The notes beneath the pieces were generated by a model, which was not told the DNA's origin, searched no databases, and was given only the letters and a program-made list of their open reading frames with translations. This document shows, piece by piece, positions 1 through 12,700 of a stretch of DNA of 64,000 bases. Location of the stretch: NCBI RefSeq assembly GCF_018350175.1, contig NC_058368.1:28832001-28896000 (forward strand), read 5' to 3'. Position 1 is the stretch's first letter. Each line of letters starts with the position of its first letter. The position numbers and the translations under genes are program-made. Origin of the DNA: Felis catus (taxonomy: Eukaryota).

Positions 1-1650
1 ATATACAGTCCTGTGTACCATAACTATAGCCCCTCTGACCATGAGAACCAGGTGATCTAGAGGTGTCCACTGGATGACAGCCATAGAGATTGGGGCTACA
101 AACAAGTGTCCAAGCCCTTTTCTAAGTGATACTGGGGAATTGGAGCAAGGCCAAGAAAGAGAAAGCCAAGATGGCATCCATAGCCTACATTCCTTGAGAG
201 TGCTCCATGGGCTTCTAAATGTGTGCCAAACTGAAGCTTGTTCCTCAGGCTGAAGCTCCAGGACAAGCAAAGAGGCCTCCTTCACAGAAGATTGAAGAGT
301 ATGCCTCAGTCCGCTGTCTTGCAGTGTCCTGGGCTGGTAGCCTGCCAAGCACCATCTTTATGATAGCCACAGTCTCATGGGACCCAGAAATGCAAGCCCC
401 CCCAAGATACCAGAGCCAAGTATTAAGGAGTGTCCCTGGGTGACAGCTGCATTAACCAGGGCACCAGACACAAAAACTAGGGCACCAGATGTGTGTAAAG
501 CTCCCTTCCAGGAGACACTGGTGCTTTGGAGCATGATAAAGTGTGAGTACAAAGATAGCGCCTGCCCTCCAAGGTCTCTAGACAGGATTACAGCCACCCC
601 TAGGATGCATGTTTTATTAGAATATTGCCCCCCTCAGGCCTCAGTCATGATGATTAGCTAATAGTCCTCCTTCCTAGAATAACTGAGCTCCTGGATTTGT
701 TGCCTATTGCTATGCCCTAGGGGTGGTAGCTTTTTAAGACCTCTCTGTCCTTTGGTTACAGTCCTGTGGGACTCACTGTATAAGCCCCACTGGCCACCAG
801 AGCCATGTGATGTAGAGGTATCTTCTGGCAGAAGTCACAAAAGTCAGGGGCCACATAGGGGTATGAGCTTCTTTCTGGGTGATGCCAATTATCAGTTGTA
901 TGGGACCAGGAATGCAAACTCCCCGGCCTCCAGAGCCAGGTGATCAAGAGGTGACTCCCAGGTCGTAGTCACAAAAATTGAGGCACCAGATCCATGTAAA
1001 AGCTCTCTTCCAGGAGTTACTGGTGTTCTGGAATATGGGAGAGGGAGAGCATGAAGATGGCCTGTGCCAGTCTCTATCCCCACAGAGTATTCCAGCAGGC
1101 TTCTACATGTGTGTATTAAGTTATATGCCTGTACCTCAGGCCAGTTCTTTAATATAAGCAGGTGAGCCTCCTTCACTTTAAGTCTGGGCACAGTCAGCTG
1201 CCTCTGAGCTGGGCCCCGGGACAGGGGAGTCTGAGCGCACAATCCTCTAAGAGCAGTTTCTCAGAATCACTAGAGTCTTGTGGGTCTCAGGATGTAAGCC
1301 CTGTTGGCTTTCAAAGTTAGATGTTTTGGGGGGCTCATCTCTCAAGTATATGTCTTAAAAGTTGGGATGCTCAGTGTGGGGTTTGGACCCTTCGTTCCTC
1401 AGGGTGAAGCTCCACATTTTGAGATCCCTCCCAGTTACAGGATGCTGCACTGGGGGTGAGGTTTATGGTGAGACTGTGTCCCAGCCTCTCCTCCCTGCTT
1501 TGATGGTTTTCTTCTCATTTGCCCAGTGTGTAATCATCAGGCAGCTAGCCTTTAGATTTTTCTAAAAGGAAATTATTTCATCTGATGCTGTACAATCTGT
1601 GTGTCCACGGGGGGAGGTGAGTTCGGGATCTTCCTACACTGCCATCTTGA
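1..1650 (-). mobile_element. Old carnivore LINE-1 5'UTR (antisense to VWA8), continuing beyond the window's left edge
   Basis: The minus strand from 1650 reads TCAAGATGGCAGTGTAGGAAGATCCCGAACTCACCTCCCCCCGTGGACAC, an L1-type 5' start with a YY1-like AAGATGGC. GC-richer than flanks, with diverged internal repeats. Confidence 0.75.
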
Positions 1651-1759
1651 ATTGTCACCCTAGATGTTTTACTTAGCACAAAGAGGTATTTATTGTTAAC
1701 TTTATTATTTCACCTTGATTATGCAAAACACAATTAACCTCTAGTTCTTTTCTCTTTAG

Positions 1760-1831
1760 CACATGATAGTGATGGAAGACATGCTGAAAGACTTTCTTCT
1801 TGGAGAACACCTATTATTGGTTGGCAATCAG
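1760..1831 (+). CDS. VWA8: VWA8 internal coding exon (HMIVMEDMLKDFLLGEHLLLVGNQ), first half of Walker A
   Basis: Polypyrimidine tract tctctttag acceptor, 72-nt open frame, CAG|gtgagt donor. Joins in phase 0 to the next exon to give GNQGVGKN. Confidence 0.95.
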
Positions 1832-2948
1832 GTGAGTTATGGCTGGAACTCAGGTACTAATGAATAAATGATAGTAACAGTTTAAAAGCAGTAAGTCTCT
1901 TCTTGTTGGAATATGTTTTTAGAAGTGATTCTTCTTTTTCCTACCAAAATGACTGATTTAATTAAGTAAAGAGGGCCTTCTACCTTGTAAGTTTTAGAAT
2001 TATCTCTGGGCTTAAATCCCCATTCAATCACCCATCAAGTTCTGTCCCTTCTACCTCCTAAGTATCTACTCTTCTTTCCTGTATCTGTCACCCTAGCCCA
2101 GCTCGCCGTCACCTGTCACCTGGTCTACAGCAATACTTTGCTAACATAACTCCACGTCAACCTTACTCTCACTCCGATCTACTCCTCACTCTGCAGCCAG
2201 GTTGATACTTGTCAAATTAAAATCTGACCAAGTCTCCCTTTTTCGCTTAAATTGGCTTTCCATTTCTTAGGTATAGTCTTCAGGTATGGCTTACAGTGTC
2301 CTGCAGGATCTGGCCTCTGCCCACCTTTCTAGTCCTAAGCCTTGGCTCCTTCCTTTCTCTCACTTGGTGTTAGCTTGAGCCACTCTGAACTTGCTTCAGT
2401 TTCTTGTCTCTGCCCTGGTCCTTGCTGCCTGCCCTTCTGTCTACAAGGAGCACTCCCAGTCCTCTTCCTCCACCCCTTTCCCCTAACTCCTGAGAGGTCT
2501 CCCCTTGTCCCTAGCTGAATTCAATTTATCCTCCTTCTGCACCCTTCTATGTTTCTGTCCTCACACTAGTCACATTACTGTGTCTATGTGTAGAATGACT
2601 GTCTTTCCCACTTGTCTATATGATCTTCAAGGGCAGGGACCATGGTTTTCTTGCTTCTCTCTGTATCCTTGGTTACTAGAACAGTGTCTGCTACATTGTA
2701 GATATTCACCATGTGTTTATGGAGGGACGGGATGGATATTTTCTGTTTAGAAGGTTCTGATGTTCCCCAGTTGAATTGTCAGATTCATGGTGAACAGCAC
2801 CTTTGGTTTTTTTAAATGGGTTTTAAATTAATGATAAACTTTCAGAAGGAGTTTAGTCTTTATTTTTCCTTTTTTTTTTTAACTTATAAAGACAACACAT
2901 GTTCTTCATATATTTAGTCCCTCAAACTTATAATTTTAAAGTGTTGGG

Positions 2949-3143
2949 TTTTTTAAGTTTTTATTTATTTATTTTGAGAGTGAGAGAGAGAGAGAGAGAA
3001 TACACGTAAGTGAGGGCAGGGCAGAGAGAAAATCCCAAGCAGTACAGAGGCAGATGTGGGGCTGGATCCCACGAACCGTGAGATCATGACCTGAGGTGAA
3101 ATTCAGAGTTGACAGTTAACCGACTAAGACACCCAGGTGCCCC
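2949..3143 (-). mobile_element. Can-SINE
   Basis: Poly-T tail, (GA)n, ends cccaggtgcccc; TSD aaagtgttg. Confidence 0.9.
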
Positions 3144-4577
3144 AAAGTGTTGATTTTTTTTTTTACTAAACGTGGGCCAATCGAATGGCTTACTGATCGA
3201 GTACATAGATTTAGAAGTTAACTGGTTCAAGCTGCAATAGCAACCCTGTCACAGATGGCTGTGACTGTGGGAAAATTGCTTATCTTACCAAGGCCCAGTG
3301 CCCTGATATCTAACCTGGAAGTAAAAACAGTATGCACTCAAGTAAGAACCACAGGAGGTAATGCGTGGAAAGTACCTCATGCAGTGCCTGCCTCATAGTA
3401 GGTGCTCAGTTAAAATTAAATCTCTTTATCACTGTGCTGTTAAAAAGGACTTTAATATTTTCTTGTTTCATTTTTTTCTAAATAAGAATTACAAGAAGCG
3501 TGATAAATTATTCAGGTTTTTTTTTTCACTGTTTAAAAAGTCCTGCCTACCTTTATGAATTGAAAAATCATTTTCCTCCCTGAGTAAGGATGGAGAGCAA
3601 TTATCCAGTATTCAGTCCTTGATTTCAAATTTTTCATCTGTCTCTGAAAAATGGTGACTCTCTGAAAATTTCTGACTATCTAGCCCAGAGTATTTCACAA
3701 ACATTTTATAAGTGGTTAAACCTGGGTGCACTCAGTGTGTCCTTTTTGGGACTTCTGCCATCACCTGGATGACCTTAGACAGAGACTCTGCTGGCATCTC
3801 AGCAGCAGCAGGCCAGACCAACAATCTACAGAACTGGGACTTGGGGAATAATTTTGCTGAGAAGCAGCTTTTCAAATGGAAGGTCCCTAGAGGTCAAGCT
3901 GTGAATTCAAGCAGCACGGAAATATCCTAGGTTATACTGATGCCCTAAGGGTTTAGTGGGTGGGATGGAGTAGAAGTGTCTTGCCAAAGGCAGAGTTGAC
4001 AGTTGAGCAGCTAAGAGAGTCAGGGTTTCAGAAGAGTTGTCTAGGTTGAAAGGTTAAAGTTAGAACCTAGCCAGTAACCAGAAAGACAGGAATCACACTC
4101 TAATCTCTGGGAGGGGAGGGGGGCTGAGGAGAGCTATGCAGGATGAGGGTGAGGTGGAACAGAGGTTTGCTTTCACTTTGTGGTAAGTGGAAAAGAGGCA
4201 GTGTGCTTTGAAATGACGCTAGAGTCATGTTGGTGGGAAATCCGGTAGGCTATCTCTAGTTGATTTCCAGTCCCAAAGAAGAGAACAGGACAGTAGGACA
4301 CAGGGCCGGCAGTGGGGTGGAGGCAAGAGCAGCTACCGCTCTGTAGGCATGTGCCTGGCATCACGAATGCCTCTCCATCGCTGCTGTCACAAACTGTGCC
4401 TGTCATCAGCGGGTCTTGCCTTCTTTCGTCCTTGTTCTGCACCCACTTGGGAGAAAGAAAAATTGACCAAGGGAGATTGTATTCAATGTTAAATTTGGTA
4501 TGTTTAACTGGCCTTTTTCATGTCAGAAGGGCTCTTTTGTTCATTCATTATATACCTTTAAGACCATCAGTCTCATA

Positions 4578-4794
4578 TAATAAGACTCTTAAATACAGAG
4601 AACAAACTGAGGGTGGAAGGGGAGGCGGGGGAGGGGGGAATGGGTGATGGGCATTGAGGAGGGCACTTGTTGGGATGAGCACTGGGTGTTGTATGTAAGT
4701 GATGAACCACCGGAATCTACCCCCGAAACCAAGAGCACACTTTACACACTGTATGTTAGCCAATTTGACAATAAATTATATTAATAATAATAAT
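4578..4794 (+). mobile_element. 5'-truncated carnivore/felid L1 3' end
   Basis: gactcttaaatacagagaacaaactgaggg, G-rich tract, gagcactgggtgttgtatgtaagtgatgaa, ccaatttgacaataaa and an (AAT)n tail. Confidence 0.88.
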
Positions 4795-5293
4795 ATTACC
4801 AATGTTGAAGGAACTTTCAGATTTCCCAAGTCAGGTCTGCTTCTGTGTCCATTAAATTATCTAGTGAACAAGACTAACTCTCTTAGTCTGTTGTTTGATA
4901 TCCTCCTGTCATTTGTCCATTATCTATTCCTACCCTGCTTGCAGCCTACTGTCTCATTCCTCCCCCTCAAACTCTTGTCCTCAGATAAATATAACTGCTT
5001 TCCAAACATACCTTTGTATCAGTGTCATATTCCAACCTTTGATCTTATCAGCCTGCTCTCTTATTTCCCCCATCTTTGCCTTTTGAAATCCTTCCAACCC
5101 CAGAGTGGCCATGTGCTATCATAGAAGAGCGAAAGCTGGGAATCCAAAGACCTACCTTCTTGTCCAGACTTTACAATTCTCTAGGTGATATTAGGTAGAA
5201 TGCTATTACTCCTTAATGGGCTTTGTCTTTTTTCTTCTCTCTCTCTTTTTTCCCCTTATCTGTTAAATGATAGGATTGCAATGGGTATTTTCT

Positions 5294-5514
5294 TTTTTTT
5301 TTTTTAAGTTTATTCATTTATTTTGAAAGAGACAGAGAGAGAGAGAGAGTGAGAGAGGAAGGGGCAGAGAGAGAGGGAGAGAGTGAATCCCAAGCCGGCT
5401 CCATGCTGTCTGCGCAGAGCCCAATGAGGGACTCAATCCCATGAACCATGAGATCATGACCTGAGTCAAAATCAAGAGTCAGATGCTTAACCAACTGAGC
5501 CACGCAGACGCCCC
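5294..5514 (-). mobile_element. Can-SINE
   Basis: Typical body; TSD aatgggtattttct on both sides. Confidence 0.92.
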
Positions 5515-6319
5515 TGGAATGGGTATTTTCTAAGGTCCTTCTGGCTATAATATTCTATAATATGTTTCTTTAATAAAGTCTTCCTGAACACAGGCCTGAA
5601 GCTTTGGCCCTATTCCTTGAACTGTTACAGCAGGTCAGTTACTGATTTCTTTTGGCTTCTCTTAGACTTATGCCTCTACCTGCCATCTCTCTACTAAACC
5701 AAGAGAGAGTCCCTTGAGAAAAGCCTTAATTATTTTTGCCTTGCATACATAGATAGTCAACAAATATTTGCTGAGTAAATTGCTGGATTGTAGAAGACTA
5801 CTAAGAATAAATTCCCAATGAGTAGTCAAAATGATTTAGAAGTAGTATGAATTTAAAATTCAGGTTAACTCGGATTATTTTCAGGAGAGTCTAAGACAGA
5901 TGGACTGAATTCCTTATTTTGTAAATTTTGAAGGAAACAAATTAGGTAGAATCTAGGGAGTGCCTACTTAAGAGAGTAAATAGTTAAGTGGCCCATTCAA
6001 CTGGATATGTTTATATATACTGACAGGATCAGAGACTGGCAGCATTATCACTAGAACAGAATAATGGAATAGTAATCATTTTTAAATTTCAAATAATAAT
6101 TAAATGGTGATTAATATTTAGCTAATTAAGTGACATATAACATTGTGCCTGCTTACATTCACCAGGTCAAGGAGTAGAGATTGAACCAAAGTGGCTAGTT
6201 AAAATTTAAACAGAACTTTTTAAATACTTTAGCTAATTTTAGTTCCTCTCACACTTGTTTTCAACCATTGGTGTTAAGATCTGAGCAAGATTCTACAGTT
6301 TGACTCTTTCTCTCCCAGC

Positions 6320-6762
6320 CTTATTGAGATACAATTGACAAAATCATAATATATTTAAAGGGTACAATGTGATGATTTGATATACATATACATTTTGACA
6401 AGATTCCTCCCATCTAGTTGATTAAACATTCCACTGCCTCACATGTTTTCTTTTGTCATACGAACATTTAGATTCTACTCTCTTAGCAAATTCTATTATG
6501 TAATACAGCGTTATCAACTATAGCCACCATGATATACATTAGATCTTCAGAGCCTGGTCATCTTATAGGTGAAATTTTGTACCCTTTTCCCAACCTCTCC
6601 CTATTACCCCACCCCCAGCCACTTTTCTACTCTGTTTCTGAGTCTGGCTTTTTCTTTATCTTTTTCTTTTGTAGATTCCTCATATAAATGATACCACGCA
6701 ATATTTGTCTCTCTTTCTCTCTCTGGCTTATTTCACTTAACATAATGCCCTCCAAGTTCATT
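6320..6762 (-). mobile_element. Old L1 (L1MA-type) 3' UTR fragment
   Basis: ttattgagatacaattgaca...gtacaatgtgatgatttgatatac...gattcctcatataaatgatacc...ctggcttatttcacttaacataatgccctcc. Confidence 0.8.
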
Positions 6763-7301
6763 ACAGTTAGACTGTTGACTGCTTCCATTTAGTATGTACA
6801 AGGGAATGTAAAGTCACCTACACGATTTGTTGGCAAATAAATGCAGAGCAAGTACGACCCAGAGATGTGTTTTGCCAAGGATGGAGTTGTGTGTTCTCTT
6901 TCCCTGTGCTTTCCTCAGAATTCTGAGCATCTAGGAGGTTTCTTTTTCATGAACGTACTTTTGCAGTTATACTAACACAGGCCCTTCATCAATGGCTTCG
7001 AAAATGCCTTGCTTCATTTATCAGTGGTATTTCAGCACCTCTGAATATTTTATGCACCTTCTCATCTTCACCTTTATTTCTATCTTGTAAAACAAAATAA
7101 TAAATAAAGGAAAAAGGAGAGTGAAGGCATAGCTGGTAGGTTGAGGACTACTGACAGTAGCGGTATCATTGTTTTTATTAGTGTTTTTTTCCTAAATGCA
7201 AAGTGACAAGTGGGAAAATGCCTATTTTAATCACATGATTTATTCTGAAACTAAGTAAACTATTTGTAGCAATTTATCAGGCTCCTTTCTTTCTCTCTCT
7301 C

Positions 7302-7469
7302 TTTTTTTAAATGTTTATTTTTATTTTTGAGAGAGAGAGAGAATGAATTCCAAGCAGGCTCCAGGCTCTGAGGCACAGAATCCAACACGGGGCTCAAACT
7401 CACAAACCAGAAGATCATGACTTCAGCCGAAGTCAAGACACTTAACCGACTGAGCCACCCAGGCACCCC
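7302..7469 (-). mobile_element. Can-SINE
   Basis: gcaggctccaggctctga...cttaaccgactgagccacccaggcacccc. Confidence 0.9.
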
Positions 7470-8812
7470 TTTCTTTCTCCTTCTAAGACATTACATGATG
7501 ACTACTCCAAAAAAAAAAAAAAAAGAAATCAGAAGTGAAGCTTTGAGGATTAAGTATTGGCAGAGAAACCAGCAGTGGGCTGGCAATAAAGTGTGATGAA
7601 TGCTCTTAATACAAACTATCTATAGATACATTGAGTCTACCCAGCCTTCTGTTTGCAAACTAGAATCTGGCTGAAGTCCATGAAAGAAACTTTTAAATAG
7701 TTGAAGTTGTAAATTTGGAGATGCCTTGAAAGATTTCTCTGTCACCAGTAGCAGCTTTTACAGTGAGGAAGTTAAGGAGTAAATGTTGATTTTGAGATAT
7801 CTCACGGTTTATTGTCTTTATAAGCCCAAATCCACCTTTTCTTTCCATATAATACTATATTTTCTAAGAAATCTGATATTAGACAAGATTTTATAACTGT
7901 TGGAAAGCTGAAAACAGTTCCATAAATGTCACTTATCATAGCAAAATTAAGTAACCCACATCTTATTTTGATGAAGTGAATTGATTTTTGTTACCCTTTC
8001 GATTTTCTATGTAGGATTTTATGGCTCAGTGCAGCAACTTTCCAATAAGAGAAGCAGAATGGCTGCCTGTTAGCCAAAAGGGACAGGTGCCTGAAATGAC
8101 ACTAATCTGATGGTCCCTTAGTACATAATGCTGCAGAGTGTAGAACCACTTTAGTATGCCGCCACATGTATTATTTTCTACTTACTTTAATTATAACATT
8201 ACATGTGCCTTTCGTGCAATTAGGAGTTTTCGTGCAGGCTTTTTCTTTTCTTTTTTTTTTTAATCCTAGCATGACTTTCTATTTATTTAAGCTTGACTGA
8301 GAGGGAAAAAAAGAAATGCCTATTTATTTTTGAGTCAGTGATGCTTCTTCTGTCCCAACTCTACTGGAGAATAAGCTTCTTTTCTTCCCAGATTTTCTTT
8401 TCTCTTGACTTATAGAGCTATATTCTATTTGATATGCAAAATATTGATTGTGGGTGTTTGGCGTTATAGAATCAACCTGTAGGTGCGTAGTTTTTATTGT
8501 TTTTTAAAAACTCACTAAGAATAAACTTACGTTTTTGTGTAAGAACCCTTGAGTTTTGAGAGACAGTCAGTTGCATTTTATCAGATATTAGAAGGAAGAA
8601 ATATTTCAGCAATATAGTGTTCCAAAGTGCTCAGCTATCCCTACCTAAGAGTGTTTTTCTAATATGCAGTATTTTAAGAGATGAAAATGTAATCATCTAT
8701 ATATAATGTGAGATAAAATTGCAAAGCAAATCATCAAATTTTGATTTATGTTTAATGAAACATAATAATTTGTAGTCACTTCTAAATGAATATAATCCAG
8801 TAATTTGCCAGA

Positions 8813-8910
8813 TCTTTCTTTTTTCTTTTCTTCTCTTTCTTAATTTCTTTCTCTTTCTTTCTCTTTCTTTCTTTCTTTCCTTCCTCCCTCCCTCCCTTTC
8901 TTTTCTCTTT

Positions 8911-8955
<45 letters not shown>

Positions 8956-8987
8956 ACTCCCTCCCTTCCTCCCTCCCTCCTTTCTTT

Positions 8988-9024
<37 letters not shown>
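8813..9024. repeat. Compound (TTTC)n/(TCCC)n polypyrimidine microsatellite
   Basis: About 210 bp of almost pure pyrimidine on the + strand. Confidence 0.95.
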
Positions 9025-9630
9025 ATTTTAAACTAGCTTTTTGTATCATTTTACCAATAATAGTGGTCTGGTGAAAATTTTATACTTAGGCTCTCCTTGT
9101 ATTCCACAGCCCATACTTTTGCCCTTATCAAAATTCTATTGTGTTATGTCTTCCTTATCAAATCAAAAGTCAGCTCTGGCTGATTTTTCACATGGATGTC
9201 TTCTCTATCCCTGACTTCCATGTGCTTCATGTTTTTACAGTACTGATTCTTTATTCTTTTCACTTCCTTGGCAATTTCTGATCTATCAGCAGTGAGATAA
9301 ATCTTAGAAAGTATCTCTTAATTTTATTTTCCTGGTAAAAGTTGTAAGTGGCTCTTCCTTGCTTATCAGATAAAGTCTCCGAGGGAGACACTTAAAACGA
9401 TCTGTAACCTGGCTCCAAACTCCTTGTATAATTTTAATTCTTCCAGATTTGAGTTTCTTAGCCTCCCTGAGTAAACCAGGCCCTTTTGCTCCCCCAGCCA
9501 TTTTTCATATTGTTGGCTTCACACAGCACTTCTCTCATCTTTGCCGATGAAAATCCTGCCAGTTTTCAAAGCCCAGATATTTCTTCTTCAGCAAAACCTT
9601 TCCTAGTCTTTCCCAAGTAGAAATAATCTT

Positions 9631-9745
9631 GGGGTGCCTGCCTGGCTCAGTAAGTAGAGCATGCAACTCTAGTGTTGGGGTTGTGTGATCAAGCCCCACG
9701 TTAGGTATACTGATTACTTAAAAATAAAATCTTTAAAAAATAATA
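9631..9745 (+). mobile_element. Short, older-type Can-SINE
   Basis: ggggtgcctgcctggctcagtaagtagagcatg...aagccccacgttagg...ttacttaaaaataaaatcttt; TSD-like aataatctt. Confidence 0.8.
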
Positions 9746-12700
9746 ATAATCTTTTTTTCTGAAATTTTACAGTATTTTTCACTATTTTGATACTTTTTTT
9801 AAGTTGTGATGTATTTGATTTTATCTACAACTGTAGATTTCATCTACAAGTTTCTTATGAGTATAAGGGTTAAAAATGGTAATATTTGTACATTTTACAA
9901 TTTCCAATATCCTTTTTTTAAGACCATTTCATTTAGTTCTACACCAGCCTTTTGAGGTAAATGTTTTTAGGTTCACATTTTACAAATAACCCTTCTAAAA
10001 CTCAAAAAAGTTAAAATATTTGCTCAAGATCACATAGCTAGTTAGTGGCAGAGTTAGGGCTCCGACCTCAAAGTTCACACTTATTTTTCACCGTACCACA
10101 GAAATGCTTACCCTAGGAATAATAATGGTAACAGCAACAAGAATAATAATATGTAATTGCTAACTTTGGTTGAGTGCCACAGGCTAGGGAGTATGCTTTA
10201 CATACAGAGTACAGGGCGTTTTGTAATTTTCTATAAAAAGCAGAGTATGTAACGAACCCTTTTACTGGTTACTTAGCTTTAACAATTAATAGCACTTTAT
10301 CTAACTTGTTTTATCTATTCCCCCAACGCTTTTTTATGTTGTCTTGTCATGCATTATTCTTTTACATAATGCGTTTTTCTCATAGCCATCCCAGTATTTA
10401 TTTCTAATATAACCACAGTTCTGTACACCTAACAAATTAATAATAATCCCTGAATATATTCTGATACCCTTTTTTCATTTTTCCACAGCTATCTCCAGAC
10501 AGTCATTTTACACTTGGTTTATTCCAATCAGCATTTAAACAAAGGCTGGAAATTATATTTAGTCGACGTCCCTCCCAAGTCTCTTTGAAAAAGGAACGCA
10601 ATACTCTCCTGTCCTCTTTACCCTGAGCAGGGTAACGAATTTTCACGAATGTAAACATTTTATTCAGAACTACACCAGTGTTGATAAACGTCTGAGGAAA
10701 TACTGTCTAGAATAAATTTTGTTAAGCCAGTTTAAGTCCCTCATTAATTTGTACAACAGTGACCTCAAACCATATCCATTTTTTTCCAGGTTAGAAATAA
10801 CGGCTTTCTTTTCTTGATTTTCATAGCCTTTGACTTTGAGATATTTATACATTATGAAAATCAGTAAGCGCATCTTTAGGGCCAACTAAGCAGAACTCTA
10901 TGCATGTTGTTACTACATAACCCTATATAATCCTTTGTATCTTACTCCACCCGTTAATCATAGGCTTCTTGTGATCATGGACTTAGTTTTTCTCCTGGTA
11001 AAGTCATGTTTGTTGAATTATTTAATATTGAGATGCTGTGAATATTTTATTGCCAAAATTAAAGAATGTGTGAATTTTGCTAATTAATAATTTGAACTGA
11101 GCCCTAGCAGATTGCTACTGTGCAACATTAGAAACATAGCACGTTGCTATGCCAGCAGAATTGTCTGATATCTGTAAAGGGACTGAACAGTTTGTCCAGA
11201 AATCTTGTCTGTAGTCCCCAGCTGGTAGTGGCAGCAGGGAATTTGATAACTAAATGTGCTATGATTCTAGGAGCTCTAGCAGCCTGGGAGTCCCAAGGGT
11301 ATGAAATACTTGGGTTTATCAAAGATAAGGACAGTCATCTTTATTTTAGATTGTATTATGTTGTGTCCCTTCTCCAACCCCTTGCTTCCTAATGAAGTTG
11401 TTTGTATTACGATCTGGAAATTCTTGACCATTCAGTGTTTCTTAGTGAATGTTCTTTTGCACTTATTTTGAATTTGCATGTTGTTCTTGCACACATATTG
11501 ATTTTTCTTTTCCCTCCACAAGATTTGTCATGGTTGCTTTGGTCATACCTAATGACCAAACTACCTAAGAGTGTACCTTTGCCATTTATAGCAGCACAGT
11601 ATTTCAAAGAGGAGTTGCAGGGATGTGGATTTCATCATTCCTGTTTGAAAAAGAAATTATGACTTTGACAGAAAGCTTTATAAGTAAGTGTGTTTTCAAG
11701 CCATGCAAACTCATAGTGCAGTTGAAATGTATGTCTTTCCGTCTGGCTTCTGGGTATGTTTATTGGCTCTGTTACGAAGAAGCCACTTGTGCACATGTTT
11801 AGGATTGTTTACTATTCAGTTTTAATAATTTTTTTCTGATTACCTAAGTAGTGCAGGTTCACTGAGAGAATTTGGAAAATAAATTTCCGGTGATTTATAT
11901 AGCAGTAATCTCACATTTTACTATGCGATTACAGAATGTTAGAATAAAAGTGTTTAGGGATCAGCATGTCTAGGCCCTCTTTATTCAAATGAACAAATCT
12001 AGGCTCAGATGGTGGTAGAGACCTCCATCTGGAGAGAGATAAAGCAGAGATCATAATCCAGGTTTCTTAACTGCTAGTATATTAAGTATATTTTCGGGCA
12101 GAAGCAAAGAATTAGAAGGTTCAACATTTGATAGAACTTATAAGGTTTAAAAAAAGCAGCCACAATTTATTTCTCTCAATTTACTCTAGTATTAGTCTCT
12201 TTGTTATTTTTTTATTGCAGTTGGTATTTGTTAATGGCATTCATATAGTAGCTTTTTTAAAAAGGAAATTAGAACACTGTGCAGAAATTATCTGTAAATA
12301 TTATACAAACTGGTCTAACTGTATGAATGTTATTAAAGAATTAGGGAGAACTGGAAGGAATGCCCTAAGTTGAGGGAAACACATGAGAGAAAGCGGAGCA
12401 CTGGCAGTGGTAAACACTCGCTTGGAGTCGATTTTAAAAATTATTGCAGAAGGAAATATCGAACTTGACTTTCTCACTGTTCTCCCTCCTGAACCTTGGA
12501 TTCTATACAGGGAGTTGCTGGACACATGTTTTAGTATATCATAACTGTGGAATGACTGATCTTGACTGATGTATGACATCAGGATATAAACTTTCATGTA
12601 AATCAGTTCAGTGAGGCTACCTCCTGACATTTTGTTTTGCAATATGGTGAAACAGAAAACAGCCCAATCTGTTGAATCAGAATGGATATGCCTTCAAATC

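Noticed and set aside
219..1565. Cluster of 60-116 aa ORFs
   Set aside because: Lie within the old L1 5'UTR; no recognisable protein similarity.
4699..5124. 141-aa ORF
   Set aside because: Starts inside an L1 3' fragment; low-information composition and no splice or homology support.
8697..9026. 109-aa K/E/R-rich ORF on the minus strand
   Set aside because: Translation of the (TTTC)n microsatellite; not a gene.
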